Virus record (IMG/VR): IMGVR_UViG_3300045988_175865
Span: 30,001-62,000 of that record
Source of the DNA: a virus
Length of the DNA stretch: 32,000 nt
Direction: 5' to 3' (one strand)
The notes below the pieces were generated by a model. That model did no database searches and was not told where the DNA came from. It was given only the letters and a program-made list of their open reading frames with translations. The number at the start of each line of letters is the position of its first letter. Positions within the stretch are counted from its first letter, which is position 1. The position numbers and the translations under genes were made by a program. Of this stretch, positions 1 to 10,447 are shown piece by piece.

Positions 1-562
1 TTCTGTTTATAATATTATCCCAAATAAAAATAATAGAATTGTACACTTTCTTATAGAACTTATCTACGCAAATTTTGAGTGTTTTAAAAGCAAATCCATA
101 ATTATACTTTGTTATCTTATTTTTATGAACATGATATATAATATATGGATAATTAGTAAATATATTAGTAGAAGTAGTTATACCAGTAATAGTAAAGCCC
201 TTTCCAACATGTTTCTGAAGATTAAATTCAAGCGGCGAATCAATGTATGTACTTTCAAATTTTAATATACCAGAAGGGGTTAAGTTAACATTGAAATTAT
301 ATTTACCAACATCTCTAATGATAGAATTAAATTCAGTGCATTCTTTAGGGTCTTTATAAAATTTATATGATAAATTAATTTCAGTATAAGCTTTTTTGTA
401 ATATTTATTACTTAATTTCACAAGCCAATTAGGACTTACTTGATGTTTGTCTGTAAATCTATTTCTAGGGTATAAAAAAGGAAATCTAATACACAAGTAG
501 ACACACTTAGGAATTCTAAGTATCCTATTTATTTTATATTTTAATCTATGAAGGTATTTCAT
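1..562 (-). CDS. hypothetical protein (3' end lies beyond left edge of window)
   Basis: Uninterrupted minus-strand frame from ATG 562-560 (MKYLHRLKYKINRILRIPK...) down to position 1, with no TAA/TAG/TGA. Missing from the ORF track only because it is incomplete. Start overlaps the stop of 546..908 by 17 nt. No motif recognised. Confidence 0.45.
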   Translation of the reverse strand, partial: MKYLHRLKYKINRILRIPKCVYLCIRFPFLYPRNRFTDKHQVSPNWLVKLSNKYYKKAYTEINLSYKFYKDPKECTEFNSIIRDVGKYNFNVNLTPSGILKFESTYIDSPLEFNLQKHVGKGFTITGITTSTNIFTNYPYIIYHVHKNKITKYNYGFAFKTLKICVDKFYKKVYNSIIFIWDNIINR

Positions 563-908
563 CTACACATTTTTTAAAATCTAAAAACATCTTATTCTCC
601 GAATGATTTTCAAGTAATTCATCTAATGATGATGCTACATCTGAAACTAATTCAGAATTAGGGTCAGAAAGGTAATCATATAGCTCATTAAATGTAGAGA
701 ACTTGTTTTTATCTGAACCTATAGCATACAACCATATTAACTCAGAGTTGTATTCTCCAAAGTATAGTTCCAATAAAATACATACAGTACCACAAGCTAG
801 TTGTTTTATTTCTATTAAATCTTTAGAGCACTTAGAATCTACAAACCGTGTTTTTTGAATGCATACTATTATAGCTAACAAATCTTCTCTGTTTAATTTA
901 TGTTTCAT
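546..908 (-). CDS. hypothetical protein
   Basis: 120-aa ORF in the track, stop TAG, same orientation as all neighbours. No motif recognised. Confidence 0.5.
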   Translation of the reverse strand: MKHKLNREDLLAIIVCIQKTRFVDSKCSKDLIEIKQLACGTVCILLELYFGEYNSELIWLYAIGSDKNKFSTFNELYDYLSDPNSELVSDVASSLDELLENHSENKMFLDFKKCVDEIPS

Positions 909-1049
909 TATATATCAATTTTATATTTTAAAGTCTTCATAATAAGTAGTTAGGAATAGGCTTATCTGCGGCAGTATAATTAAAATATTTAATTATTACT
1001 AGCTTTATATCTGATTTCGTCCTTGCAGTATCTCTTAAATAAATTAGTA

Positions 1050-2438
1050 TTAAGTATTATCATCCTTTTGATATATAATTAAATCACTTGTAGTACGACT
1101 ACAGGCTACATATTGTAACTGCCGAAGTTCTTCTTTATTTGTACATCTCCAGATATTCTCCATATCTATCATTACAATAGAATATTGAGATGACTGTGAT
1201 TTATGAGTTGATATACAATATCCATAATCTAGTGATTTACGTTTAATTATCCTATTATCGTATCTTATATCAAAAGTAGTTAAAAATGATTCTGATAAAT
1301 CATAATATTTACGCCATAAAGCATTAACTCTTTTTTTATATACATTATTCTTATCAGCATTAACCGTAGATAACCTAAGTCATTCTAACCTATAAGCTAG
1401 ATTATTAATATTTTTTTCTGAATTATCTTTAGATAATACTATTACTTTAAAAGTAGAATCATCTGATTTTAACCCTAATTCCCAAGCATTTAATTCTAAA
1501 TACTTAGTTTTATTTACTGATGTTATAATATAATCACGAGAATTTTCTATTTTTAATCCTAAATAGTTAGTTGTGTCATAACCTGTTAGAACTTCTCCAA
1601 CAACAAATTCTTCTTTATATCCTAAATATTCTCTAATTAATTTATTTAATGCTTTAATTCTATTATTAGTATAAGAAACTAATTTTATTAAATTAGAATC
1701 ACTAAAATCTTTAGATATTTTAAATAAATAACTATACTTTTTAAGCATTTGTACAATATTGTTACATACTGTAATATTAGAATAATCATCAGAAATGCTT
1801 TTAAATTTATATAATGGCTTTTCTCTTAAATAATTTAATACTTTAGATAAACAACTTTCTTTTTGTCTATATATCTTATTTAGATAAATTGTTCTATTAC
1901 TAAATGCTTTAGAAGGTTTATTTTCTTTTACAGAATAAAGCTGTTTAGGATCTCCTACAAATACTATCTTTGATGACTTATATTCTTTTAATAGTAAATC
2001 ATATAGATCACTATTAATCATACTACACTCATCTACAATAAGAACATCATATTTATACACTTGATGTGATCTTTTGAAAGAAGTATCTAAAAATTTAAAT
2101 TCTAATTGTGAAGCATCAAAATTTAATACATTTAAATTAGGTCTAAGATTTAGTAGAGAATGTATTGTTAAAGCTTCTCTTCCTTTCATTCCTTTTGATT
2201 CTAATACTAATTTTGCCTTATTTGTTGGAGCAATAAAAGCAGTCCAGTATCCGTTATCAGCTAATATGTCATATAACATACTAGCAATCATACTTTTAGA
2301 AGTTCCCGCTGACCCAGTTAAACAAATGCAGTGTTCATCACTAGTTATAAAAGAAGTCAAATCGGATAATGCTTTTCTTTGAGCATCGTCCAATCTGACT
2401 TTGTATTCTTTTTCTAATTTATTTATATCATAATTCAT
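1050..2438 (-). CDS. SF1 DNA helicase (Dda/RecD-like)
   Basis: Walker A GSAGTSKS and Walker B LIVDECSM. The C-terminal helicase motif CISTHKSQSSQY is recovered only when TGA 1380-1382 is read through (same frame). True stop is TAA at 1050. Confidence 0.8.
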
Positions 2439-2953
2439 TACTTACCTGTTGATCCAAATCCACCACGAGAATAGGAATCTAAATTATCAACCCATTCAAA
2501 CTTGATTTTAGAAGTAAATAACCACTTAATTTTTTGCCAAATAGTAGCCTTCTGACTTAGTTGAATTCTAAATTGACAAATACGATCTCCCTTTTTAATA
2601 ACAGTACGTTCTAAAGAAATTGCAGGAAATTTCCATTCATCATCATTTCCAGAGTAAGTATTATCGATAATTCCAAGGGAATTAGATTGAACTATTTTAA
2701 AATTCTTAAATGTACTGCTTCGAGGTACTATATGAGCCTCAAATCCTTTTGGAAGAATCATAGCAAATCCGAGTCGTATAAGACAACTATCAAACGACAC
2801 ATCTCTAAATCGCTTACCATTTAACTCATATTGTACCCCAGCTTGCGGTGCTACAAGTTCTATATCTTCGGCTGCATGGAGATCAATCCAATCTCCTTTT
2901 TCAATAATTTCAAATTTACTCCCTTCAATAATTTCTTTAACTTTAATCCTCAT
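2438..2953 (-). CDS. dut: dUTP pyrophosphatase (trimeric dUTPase)
   Basis: 171 aa with GIIDNTYSGNDDEW and the C-terminal motif V SRGGFGSTGK. Stop TAA overlaps the helicase ATG. Confidence 0.85.
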   Translation of the reverse strand: MRIKVKEIIEGSKFEIIEKGDWIDLHAAEDIELVAPQAGVQYELNGKRFRDVSFDSCLIRLGFAMILPKGFEAHIVPRSSTFKNFKIVQSNSLGIIDNTYSGNDDEWKFPAISLERTVIKKGDRICQFRIQLSQKATIWQKIKWLFTSKIKFEWVDNLDSYSRGGFGSTGK

Positions 2954-3314
2954 ATATATGTTTATTTAAATATTTATTTACAACGGATAGTATTTCATGT
3001 AACGTATCCCACTCATCATCATTCAAATCAAGATATCTATCAGATACAAATTCTGCTATATAATCATCATTATATTCGTTATATCTGAAAATTAATATAG
3101 TATAACAATTTTCCTTTGACTTAAAACAGCTTTTGTGTACTCTGATAGAATGAGTTCCGTCTAAATAAAATTCACCTTGTTTTTCAAAATTTGACTCAGT
3201 GCCATAATAACTATTCGGATAATACTTTACAATTTCAAATGAAATATATTTAGGTAATTCTCCAATATATGTACATGGTTTGAATTCTAAATTTTTTATT
3301 CTATATGTTTCCAT
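2943..3314 (-). CDS. hypothetical protein
   Basis: 123-aa ORF, stop TAA, overlaps the dut start by 11 nt. No motif recognised. Confidence 0.5.
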   Translation of the reverse strand: METYRIKNLEFKPCTYIGELPKYISFEIVKYYPNSYYGTESNFEKQGEFYLDGTHSIRVHKSCFKSKENCYTILIFRYNEYNDDYIAEFVSDRYLDLNDDEWDTLHEILSVVNKYLNKHIYED

Positions 3315-3335
3315 ACTTATATCTTAAATAAAATA

Positions 3336-5876
3336 TTAGTTACAACGACTTCAGCCGCAGGACATACAGCTTACACATCCTGAAGTAGCAACCAATGGTT
3401 CCCCACATTCTGGACATACGTTTTTATTATCATGATTGGCATTTATTGAAGGTTTTGTATCTGGAACACTAATCTGCTCTTTTTGAGGAATTTTTACATT
3501 ATCTTTTATAGCTTCTGTAATTACTCTTGATATAATATCTGGGCATGACAAACCATCAATATTAATTTTTCTAGCCTTACATGTACTACAAGCAGGACAA
3601 TTAATTCCTCTTATCTGATCAATTATCTCATCGACTTTAACACCACTTCTAAGATTAAGAGAAATTAATCTTGTTACAGCATTCATGTTAGCTTGACAGA
3701 TACCACCTTTAGATGTATGTGTGAACACTTCTACAAGATTACCCTTATTATCCTTATTGCAAGTTATATATAATGTTCCACATGCACATTTTTTACAAAA
3801 AGTTGCACCATGTGTTGTACCAAGTGTTTTGCGTGAAACTGGTGCAATGGAATCAAATTTGAAAGATTGTTTTTCTTCTTCAACTTTAATAGATTCCCCC
3901 ATAATAGCTGGTCTACTATTTTCCCTAAATATCGTTAACCCTTTTAAACCAGCTTTCCATCCAGCTAAATATAATTTTTCTACATATTCTTGTGATGTAT
4001 CTTTCTTAAGATTAATTGTAGAACTTATTGCTGTATCAATATACTTTTGTAATGCTGCTTGAAGCTTTATACGATCATATGAATCAATATCATATGCTGT
4101 TACAAGAATATCATCATCTATAGAAGAATTAGGAACAGAATCAAGATATTCTTTTACAATTTTAGCATAAACATCATATACCTTTTCTTCTTTATTAAGA
4201 GATACTGTTTTTCTCTGAAATTTCTTCATAAACAGGGGTTCCAAACCGCCCGATACTCCAAGCATAGTTGAAATTGACCCAGTTGGTGCTATCGAAAGTA
4301 GTGAACAGTTTCTAAGACCAAATTTTTTCATTTTTTCAAGTTCATCGCTTGAAAAGGCTTCTTTCATTATACTAGATTCAAATACCTTGTCTGAATAGCC
4401 AGGAAATGTTCCAAGTTCTTTAGCAAGATCATATGAGGTAAATACAGAATTTCTGAAAATAAGTCTCATAATATTTTCTGCAAGTTTTATCGACTCTAGG
4501 CTTCCATATTTAATATTCAATTTTATAAACATATCATGAAGTCCCATAATTCCTATGCCAAGGTTTCGGTATTTAGCAATTTGTTCTTGTTGTTCCTTAA
4601 GAGGGTGGTTATGAAGATTTTCATCTATAATCCTATCCATTTCCCTAACAATAATCTTTATATCTGAAACTAGTTCAGAATAATTAACTGTTGCAAATTT
4701 TGTAAAAGGATCTTTTACATATTCAGATAGATTTATTGAGGATAAGTTACAGGACATATTTTTTGGCAAAGGTTGTTCCTATATATTACCTATTTAGCTT
4801 TTTATCTAGATATTCTGGAAGTTTCCTTCATACTCTTTATTGCCATTAGAGATACGTCTGTCAATTCAGACCAGTTTAGCATATATTTTCACTATAAAGT
4901 GTTGGGCACTCTTGGTGGAATTATATTTATTCATCCACTATGCGTTACAATGTTTCATAGCCTATTCGTAATCTATGAAATTATCTCGGTATTATCATGC
5001 AATAATTTGTTTAGACTTCACCGATTTTACCCAATTTTTTACATGAGGCAAACAATACAACTAACTGATAACCAGCCATTTACTACCACATGGATTACTA
5101 GTATCTATTTGATACTCAGTAATATACTCCATCAAATTATAATTTCTGAATCTATTCATAAACATGACTCCAGGCTCTGCATGTTCATATGCATTTTTCA
5201 TCATAAGTTTATAAATTTCAATTGGAGTTATATCATAATCAGGATATCCCTTAAACTTAGATTTAATATGAAGGGTTATAACTTCTCCTGTCTCATAAAA
5301 CTTATCTACGGCATTCATAAAGTTATCATCAACTTCCACAGAAAGGTTTGCATTATTGATCTTTCCAAGATTGCTTTTAATAGTTATGAAATCTTTTATT
5401 TGTGGATGATCTGCTGAAAGAGACATCATTAATGCGCCTTTACGTGATCCACCCTGAGAAACAGAAGCAGTTACAGTATTAAATATCTCCATAAATGGAA
5501 CAATACCATCTGTTTCATATCCTGAAGAAAGTTTTGATCCTTTTGGACGAATATCAGATAAAGATAATCCTTGACCTCCCTGAGCTTTGAACGTTAATCC
5601 TATATTTTTTGCCGTTTGAAGAATATCATCAAGATTATCTGCAATTTTACCAGACGAGTAGCAATTTGAGTACGAAGCCTGTCTGTCTGTTTGTCTGTTT
5701 GATAGAGTTCTTCCTCCAAATAAGAACTTTTTAGCAACAATTAACTTTCTTAGTTCTTCATTTCCACCACTAACTCTATCAAACCACTCGTCTAAAGACT
5801 CATTATTATATCTATACTTTTTATTTCAAATATCAATTCCTAATTGATCATTATTAAGCCATTCTTCAACAGTCAT
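3336..5876 (-). CDS. nrdJ: class II (adenosylcobalamin-type) ribonucleotide reductase, split by a group I intron (exon 1 5085..5876, exon 2 3336..4778)
   Basis: N-terminus MTVEEWLNNDQLGIDIW(TGA 5826-5828)NKKYRY. Other motifs: QGGQGLSLSDIRPKGS and SQGGSRKGALM. Joining the exons restores the catalytic motif TSNPCG|EQPLPKNMSCNLSSINL. Cys-rich tail CPECG...SGCVSCMSCGW(TGA 3351-3353)SRCN, then TAA at 3336. Confidence 0.85.
4779..5084 (-). ncRNA. group I self-splicing intron (ORF-less) in nrdJ
   Basis: 306 nt separate NPCG from EQPL. The 5' exon ends in U (GGT|) and the last intron nt is G (4779). The segment has stops in the exon frame. It shares sequence blocks with the other introns: 4877-4892, 4938-4949, 4984-5000. 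Confidence 0.75.
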
Positions 5877-5899
5877 ATATTATATACTTAATTAATAAT

Positions 5900-6451
5900 T
5901 TATTCAAACTCTCTATTTTTTCTTTTACTTATTCTCACATCTGCTTCATCTACTCCAAACACAATATACTGACCTAATTGAGTTCGTACTGAAGGAGTAT
6001 ATTCCATCTCAAAATCAATATCACTAGAATAGTACACTGTTTTCCCATATATATTCTCTTGACACTTCTTTATTAGTTCTTTTGATAACTCTATTGCTTC
6101 TGTTTTATTACTAGCAGTTCCTAAGAGTTGATTATCTTTTTGAGTTCGAATTTCTATAACCCGCTTAAGTTTACAACGACCTTTTCTACGGACACTGTTA
6201 ATTTTAAAAGGATTTTTTCTAGTATCTTCAACTCCAGAAGTAACGGTAATAATTATACCTGCTCCTTTAAAATCAAACATACCCTTTTCCTCTAAAAAAT
6301 CTGCGGCGTATATATTTAAGTCTTTCGTAAGTATAGGAGAGCCTGCTTTCTTCCAATTTTTTGTAGCATCTTGTACTACGGTAATACCTGCTTGAAAAGC
6401 TATAAGTTTTGCCTCCTCTAAGGAGTGAGCTTGAATTTCTATCTTCTGCAT
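5900..6451 (-). CDS. hypothetical protein
   Basis: Track ORF 5900..6472. The ATG at 6451-6449 (MQKIEIQ...) lies 1 nt after the upstream gene's TAG, so it is the preferred start. Stop TAA. No motif recognised. Confidence 0.5.
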   Translation of the reverse strand: MQKIEIQAHSLEEAKLIAFQAGITVVQDATKNWKKAGSPILTKDLNIYAADFLEEKGMFDFKGAGIIITVTSGVEDTRKNPFKINSVRRKGRCKLKRVIEIRTQKDNQLLGTASNKTEAIELSKELIKKCQENIYGKTVYYSSDIDFEMEYTPSVRTQLGQYIVFGVDEADVRISKRKNREFE

Positions 6452-6452
6452 A

Positions 6453-7493
6453 CTAAACAAATATAATATCATCGGAATAATAATTCATCTCACAATATGC
6501 AACCATCTTAAGAAGTTTACAAAATTCTTTACGCCCTTGTTCTAGTACCTCCTTGTTAATTGGGTATACTCCAACACTATTAGTAGATGTAGTTTCAACA
6601 ACAATAACATTACATTTTACAGTTCATTCTTCTGAATTGTATCCATACTTTTTTTCACAATATCTAAGTAGAACTCAAATATAATATGCGAATTGTCTTG
6701 AATAAGAAAATATTTCAAATGATCCACCAGGTTCCATAAATTGATATAATAAATGACCTGTTGTTTTTAAATCATTTAAGGTGATAATTTTATTTTCAAG
6801 ATCAATTGTTCAATTATCAGCTTTCATTTTAAGCTTAAGAGTATGTTGATTACCATTATAAGATGCGTTTATATCAATAAAGAATGCTTCCTCATTATAT
6901 GTTTCAATAGCATCTCCAAAGATATCAGTAGGATATAATAGATTATTTACTTGTCTATTAGAATTAAGATTATTAATACACTTTTCTACTGTATCTCGAT
7001 CCTTAGATGATAGAATAATAGTATTATTATCTGTTATAAGTTTAAGATTATAGTAATATCTAAACCCATCTTTAATAATACTTTTTATTCTAGAAGGGGT
7101 TAAGCTTAATTCATAATAATGTATCTTTCCACAAGCTTCTACTATGGCACTATATATAGGTAGATTCTTTTTTCGTAGCTTAAATATTTCATCAATTACC
7201 AGTCCTAACTTAGCTGAGGGTTTACCTATGTCTGGGCCTAAAGTAAAGACATCTTTCTGGAGTAGTAGTTCATGGATTGCACTGCCAATACTTAATGATA
7301 TTGTGGTTTCTCCAGTAAATCCTTCTTTATATTTGCTTGGAGACCCATTTTGATTAGGATTAATCAACTTTAAACGAGAATTTGATATATAGTTGGTATA
7401 TTTACTTGAAAAATATTCCTCATCAGACATTTTCTCACGACGGACACTTTCTAAATTAGGAGATAGTTTTATATCATTTAAATTAACTGTCAT
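6453..7493 (-). CDS. PD-(D/E)xK exonuclease (Cas4/RecB-like phage recombination nuclease)
   Basis: Track ORF 6810..7493 continues in frame through TGA at 6810, 6675 and 6624 to TAG at 6453. The extension carries ITLNDLKTTG (D-x-K core) and SRQFAYYIW, as expected for this fold. Confidence 0.6.
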
Positions 7494-7582
7494 AATGTTT
7501 TATAAAGTGGTACTTATTATTAGAAATACCCATAAGAACTTTGTTAGCTTCTTCTACTTTATATTGTGAAACTAAATTATAT

Positions 7583-7828
7583 TTAACTTTCAAGTTTCCT
7601 TTTTGGTCTATCATCTTCTATCTTTGTATCTCCTGTTTTATTCATATTAACTAAAGCAGTTAAAAATAGCTCGCATAGTCTCGCAGAAAGACCTAAATTT
7701 GCTTTTAAATCTGTGATTTTTGGTTCAAAGGAAGGTTTATAGTCCAAGTTTCCTTTATCGTCTAGACTAAAATCTAGAACGATTTTCTGTCCTGTGCTGT
7801 GAATAAATTCTACTTTACAAGTTTCCAT
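7583..7828 (-). CDS. hypothetical protein
   Basis: 81-aa ORF, stop TAA. Its start overlaps the end of the upstream gene. Confidence 0.45.
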   Translation of the reverse strand: METCKVEFIHSTGQKIVLDFSLDDKGNLDYKPSFEPKITDLKANLGLSARLCELFLTALVNMNKTGDTKIEDDRPKRKLES

Positions 7829-8234
7829 ATTTCTTAATTAATTCATAAAAAAAATCTTTCGGTATCATAACCACTTCTCCAACTGACCTAAATGTAGACT
7901 CTGTTGGTTTAATTTTTTTTCAAAAGATAACAAATGGTTTATCTTTAAAAGGACATGAGTTTAAAATTCCAAAATAATCTGGAGTATTAATAGTTGCTTT
8001 TAACTGAGGATTAAAAAATAGTTTATTTTCAACATCAACTAAATCAACCTTTCTATCATCCATACTTTTACTTTCTGATCTAGAGGTAACAACACCTGTA
8101 AAACCAAGGTCTCGTAACTCTTTTGCTATCTGTACCTCATAAGCATTTCCTCTAGCTCTATTCCTCTTTAAATTTCTTGATTTCTTCTCTTTCCCCCTCT
8201 GATTTTCCTTTAATATATTCTTTTGCGCTTTCAA
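7815..8234 (-). CDS. resolvase-like PD-(D/E)xK nuclease (Hjc-like pattern)
   Basis: Basic N-terminus, then GNAYEVQIAKELRDLGF...DDRKVDLVD...NPQLK, an E...D...(D/E)xK layout. Continues through TGA 7920-7922 to TAA at 7815. Confidence 0.5.
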
Positions 8235-9195
8235 TTAGACTAACAGTTTTATCATGTTTATATTTGGCATAAAAGTCAGATATATCTTTAGCTTTATATT
8301 CTCAAGGTATTCATATTGGAATAACTTCAGGGAATTTCTTTTTAATAGATATCATTGCTCTCAATCCTGGACGATCATTATCATATAATAAGATTATATG
8401 TTTAAATCTTTCTTTAAGACGATGATATTGAGCCTCAGATAAGAAACAATTTTCTGATATTGGGGCTATTGCGGGAATTCCTAAATTATACAATGTCATT
8501 ACATCTTTTAATGACTTAGTAACAACAAGATATTCTCCCATTTTTGGTAACATGTGAGATCCTTGTAGTCTTAGTGATTTTCAATTAGATATAAATTTAT
8601 ATTTTCTATTATTAGGGAAATAAATCCGTCAACGTTCAATATCTTCTCTTATACCTCCATAATATCCAAATACTAATTGTTTATCTTTAAACAAATGAAA
8701 CAAATTATTATTAAGGAATACATTTTTACAAGAAAATACCTTGAACTTGTTTAGTGTTCGCAAATCAATACCAAACTTAGCCCATCAATCTAACTCATAT
8801 TGTTCGAAATCTTTTATTTCAACTTGAATAATAGCATCAGTAGTATCTTCAAGTTTTGTATTAGAATACTTAATCTCCTGCGGTATATTATTTTGTCTGG
8901 GAATTAAACCTATATCACTTGCAACTATGTTTAATGCCTTATAATACCCACAGCCATATTTATTCATAACCACATATACTCAATCTCCGCAATAATTACT
9001 TCCAAAGTCTTTTATAATAATCCTACCCATGCGATTTTTATAATATGCTACAGTAGGTTTTGAATCGTTTCTTACTTTAGACCTAAAAAGACCCTTTTTT
9101 ACAGGTTGCCCATAATAAGTATACATTAATGTTTCTTGAGAAACCTTAGATTCAATTAAATCTCTAGTTATAACAGCAGGAAACTTGTATTCCAT
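8158..9195 (-). CDS. DNA primase (TOPRIM domain)
   Basis: Track ORFs 8980..9195, 8785..8973 and 8311..8553 are all in one frame. They fuse through TGA at 8980, 8785, 8629, 8581, 8311 and 8302, ending at TAG 8158. TOPRIM signature EYLVVTKSLKDVMTLYNLGIPAIAP...ILLYDNDRPG. Confidence 0.7.
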
Positions 9196-9240
9196 ATCTT
9201 ACCTCTTTATACATAAGTTTACGATTATTTATAATATAAT

Positions 9241-9284
9241 GTACAAGCATACTTCTTTCAGTAACGAAGAAGATATGCTTGTAC
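9241..9284 (-). terminator. long hairpin between ssb and primase (possible intrinsic terminator or attenuator)
   Basis: gtacaagcatacttcttt / cagtaac / gaagaagatatgcttgtac forms an ~18-bp stem with one bulge. It is followed on the minus strand by an A/U-rich stretch. Confidence 0.45.
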
Positions 9285-9314
9285 ATGCGTCATATAACTA
9301 TAACTTATTTATTA

Positions 9315-9977
9315 TTAGAAAGGCAGATCACTGTCGTCATTGTTCATACTATCTTCTTGAGGAGAAAAGTCTTCACGCAGATCATCAAGTTCATTATTAC
9401 GTTGGCGCATATCAGTAGGCTTTGCATTTGCTGCACTGTCAATAGCTGTTTTTTCTTTTGCGGTTAATACAAGATCATGACCAATTATTTTTGTAGTCAT
9501 ATAAATTGCGTTATCCTTACTGAGACGTGCTACAAACCCAGGAAAACCTACAAAGTTCCCAGTAGTTGGCACAAGCTTAATTTGTGTCTGAGTTCCAACT
9601 TTCTTATCAAGATATTTCTTAAGAAGAGCAATGAAGGAGTCAAAATCTGGAGCAGCAAACTTATCTCCATCTGCTTCAATCTTATGTGCAAGTTCAGGAT
9701 CAAGAGCATCAATTACTTGCTTGATTTTACACATAAACTGCTCAGATTCAGATGGATTTGTACCATATTGACTTTGGGTTCTTTCTTCTGAGCGGGGTTC
9801 GAAAATTCGTTCATTGTGAATACCACTACCATCTACTGCCTCAAAACGAAGTTCAATTGCATTAAATCCATCCGCTTTATCAATTCCTTTAAAGATTACA
9901 TTGTGAATTCCAGCACGAAGGAAATTATTAGATACTACCTTAGCGTCCTTGACGCCACCCATATTAAACATACTCAT
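9315..9977 (-). CDS. ssb: single-stranded DNA-binding protein
   Basis: 220 aa ending in an acidic tail, DDSDLPF. This resembles the bacterial and phage SSB C-terminal DDDIPF-type tip. The gene sits within the replication module. Confidence 0.6.
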   Translation of the reverse strand: MSMFNMGGVKDAKVVSNNFLRAGIHNVIFKGIDKADGFNAIELRFEAVDGSGIHNERIFEPRSEERTQSQYGTNPSESEQFMCKIKQVIDALDPELAHKIEADGDKFAAPDFDSFIALLKKYLDKKVGTQTQIKLVPTTGNFVGFPGFVARLSKDNAIYMTTKIIGHDLVLTAKEKTAIDSAANAKPTDMRQRNNELDDLREDFSPQEDSMNNDDSDLPF

Positions 9978-9984
9978 ATTATTA

Positions 9985-10440
9985 TTAAATTAAAGTTAAT
10001 TCATTATTTTCAGTAATTAAACTAAGATCAGCGGGGATGAGGTCTGCCTCGTTAATTGGATCCATTCTAAACATCCCAGGTTTATACTCCTTAATTTTAA
10101 ACAACTGACCATATTTAGTTAAGATTGTTTTCTGTGTTCCCTTAAAAGACACAGTATTGTTCTTGCTTACTTTATTACCAGCATTTGGATCAGCAAAAGC
10201 TTCCGCTTTACCAATTACAGGAATTGTAATTTCATTATTTTTTTGAATATAATTCACAGCAATTCTATCTCCATATTTGACTGACATAAGTTCTATTGCT
10301 TTAGGGGAGATAATTAGTCTACTATCTTCAACTTCAACAACTGGTAAGTTTATGTTATCATACTTAGGAGGTACATCTACTACCTTAACGTTAGTAACAG
10401 CCCGTGATTCTATATCAAAATCAAAAGATATTTTTAACAT
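9985..10440 (-). CDS. hypothetical protein
   Basis: 151-aa ORF, stop TAA. No motif recognised. Confidence 0.5.
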   Translation of the reverse strand: MLKISFDFDIESRAVTNVKVVDVPPKYDNINLPVVEVEDSRLIISPKAIELMSVKYGDRIAVNYIQKNNEITIPVIGKAEAFADPNAGNKVSKNNTVSFKGTQKTILTKYGQLFKIKEYKPGMFRMDPINEADLIPADLSLITENNELTLI

Positions 10441-10447
10441 AAAATTT

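Noticed and set aside
5061-5084. C-terminal tails of the track ORFs: SKWLVIS (5061..), LIISNADICKYK (13538..) and FCLSA (19140..)
   Set aside because: These are read-through into intron sequence past the 5' splice sites, not real protein ends.
5679-5702. Short ctgt/ttgt tandem run (ctgtctgtctgtttgtctgttt)
   Set aside because: It lies inside nrdJ exon 1 and simply encodes ...NRQTDRQ.... It is too short and imperfect to count as a repeat element.
3336-5876. Anaerobic class III RNR (NrdD), suggested by the C-terminal Cys cluster
   Set aside because: There is no glycyl-radical RVxGY motif. The NPCGE loop, the N-terminal W-x-KKY region and the CxxC...CxxCG-x-S-x-C tail fit class II (NrdJ).
9795-9812. 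T-loop-like GGTTCGAAA on the plus strand as a possible second tRNA
   Set aside because: It lies inside the ssb coding region, and no acceptor, D or anticodon stems can be drawn around it.
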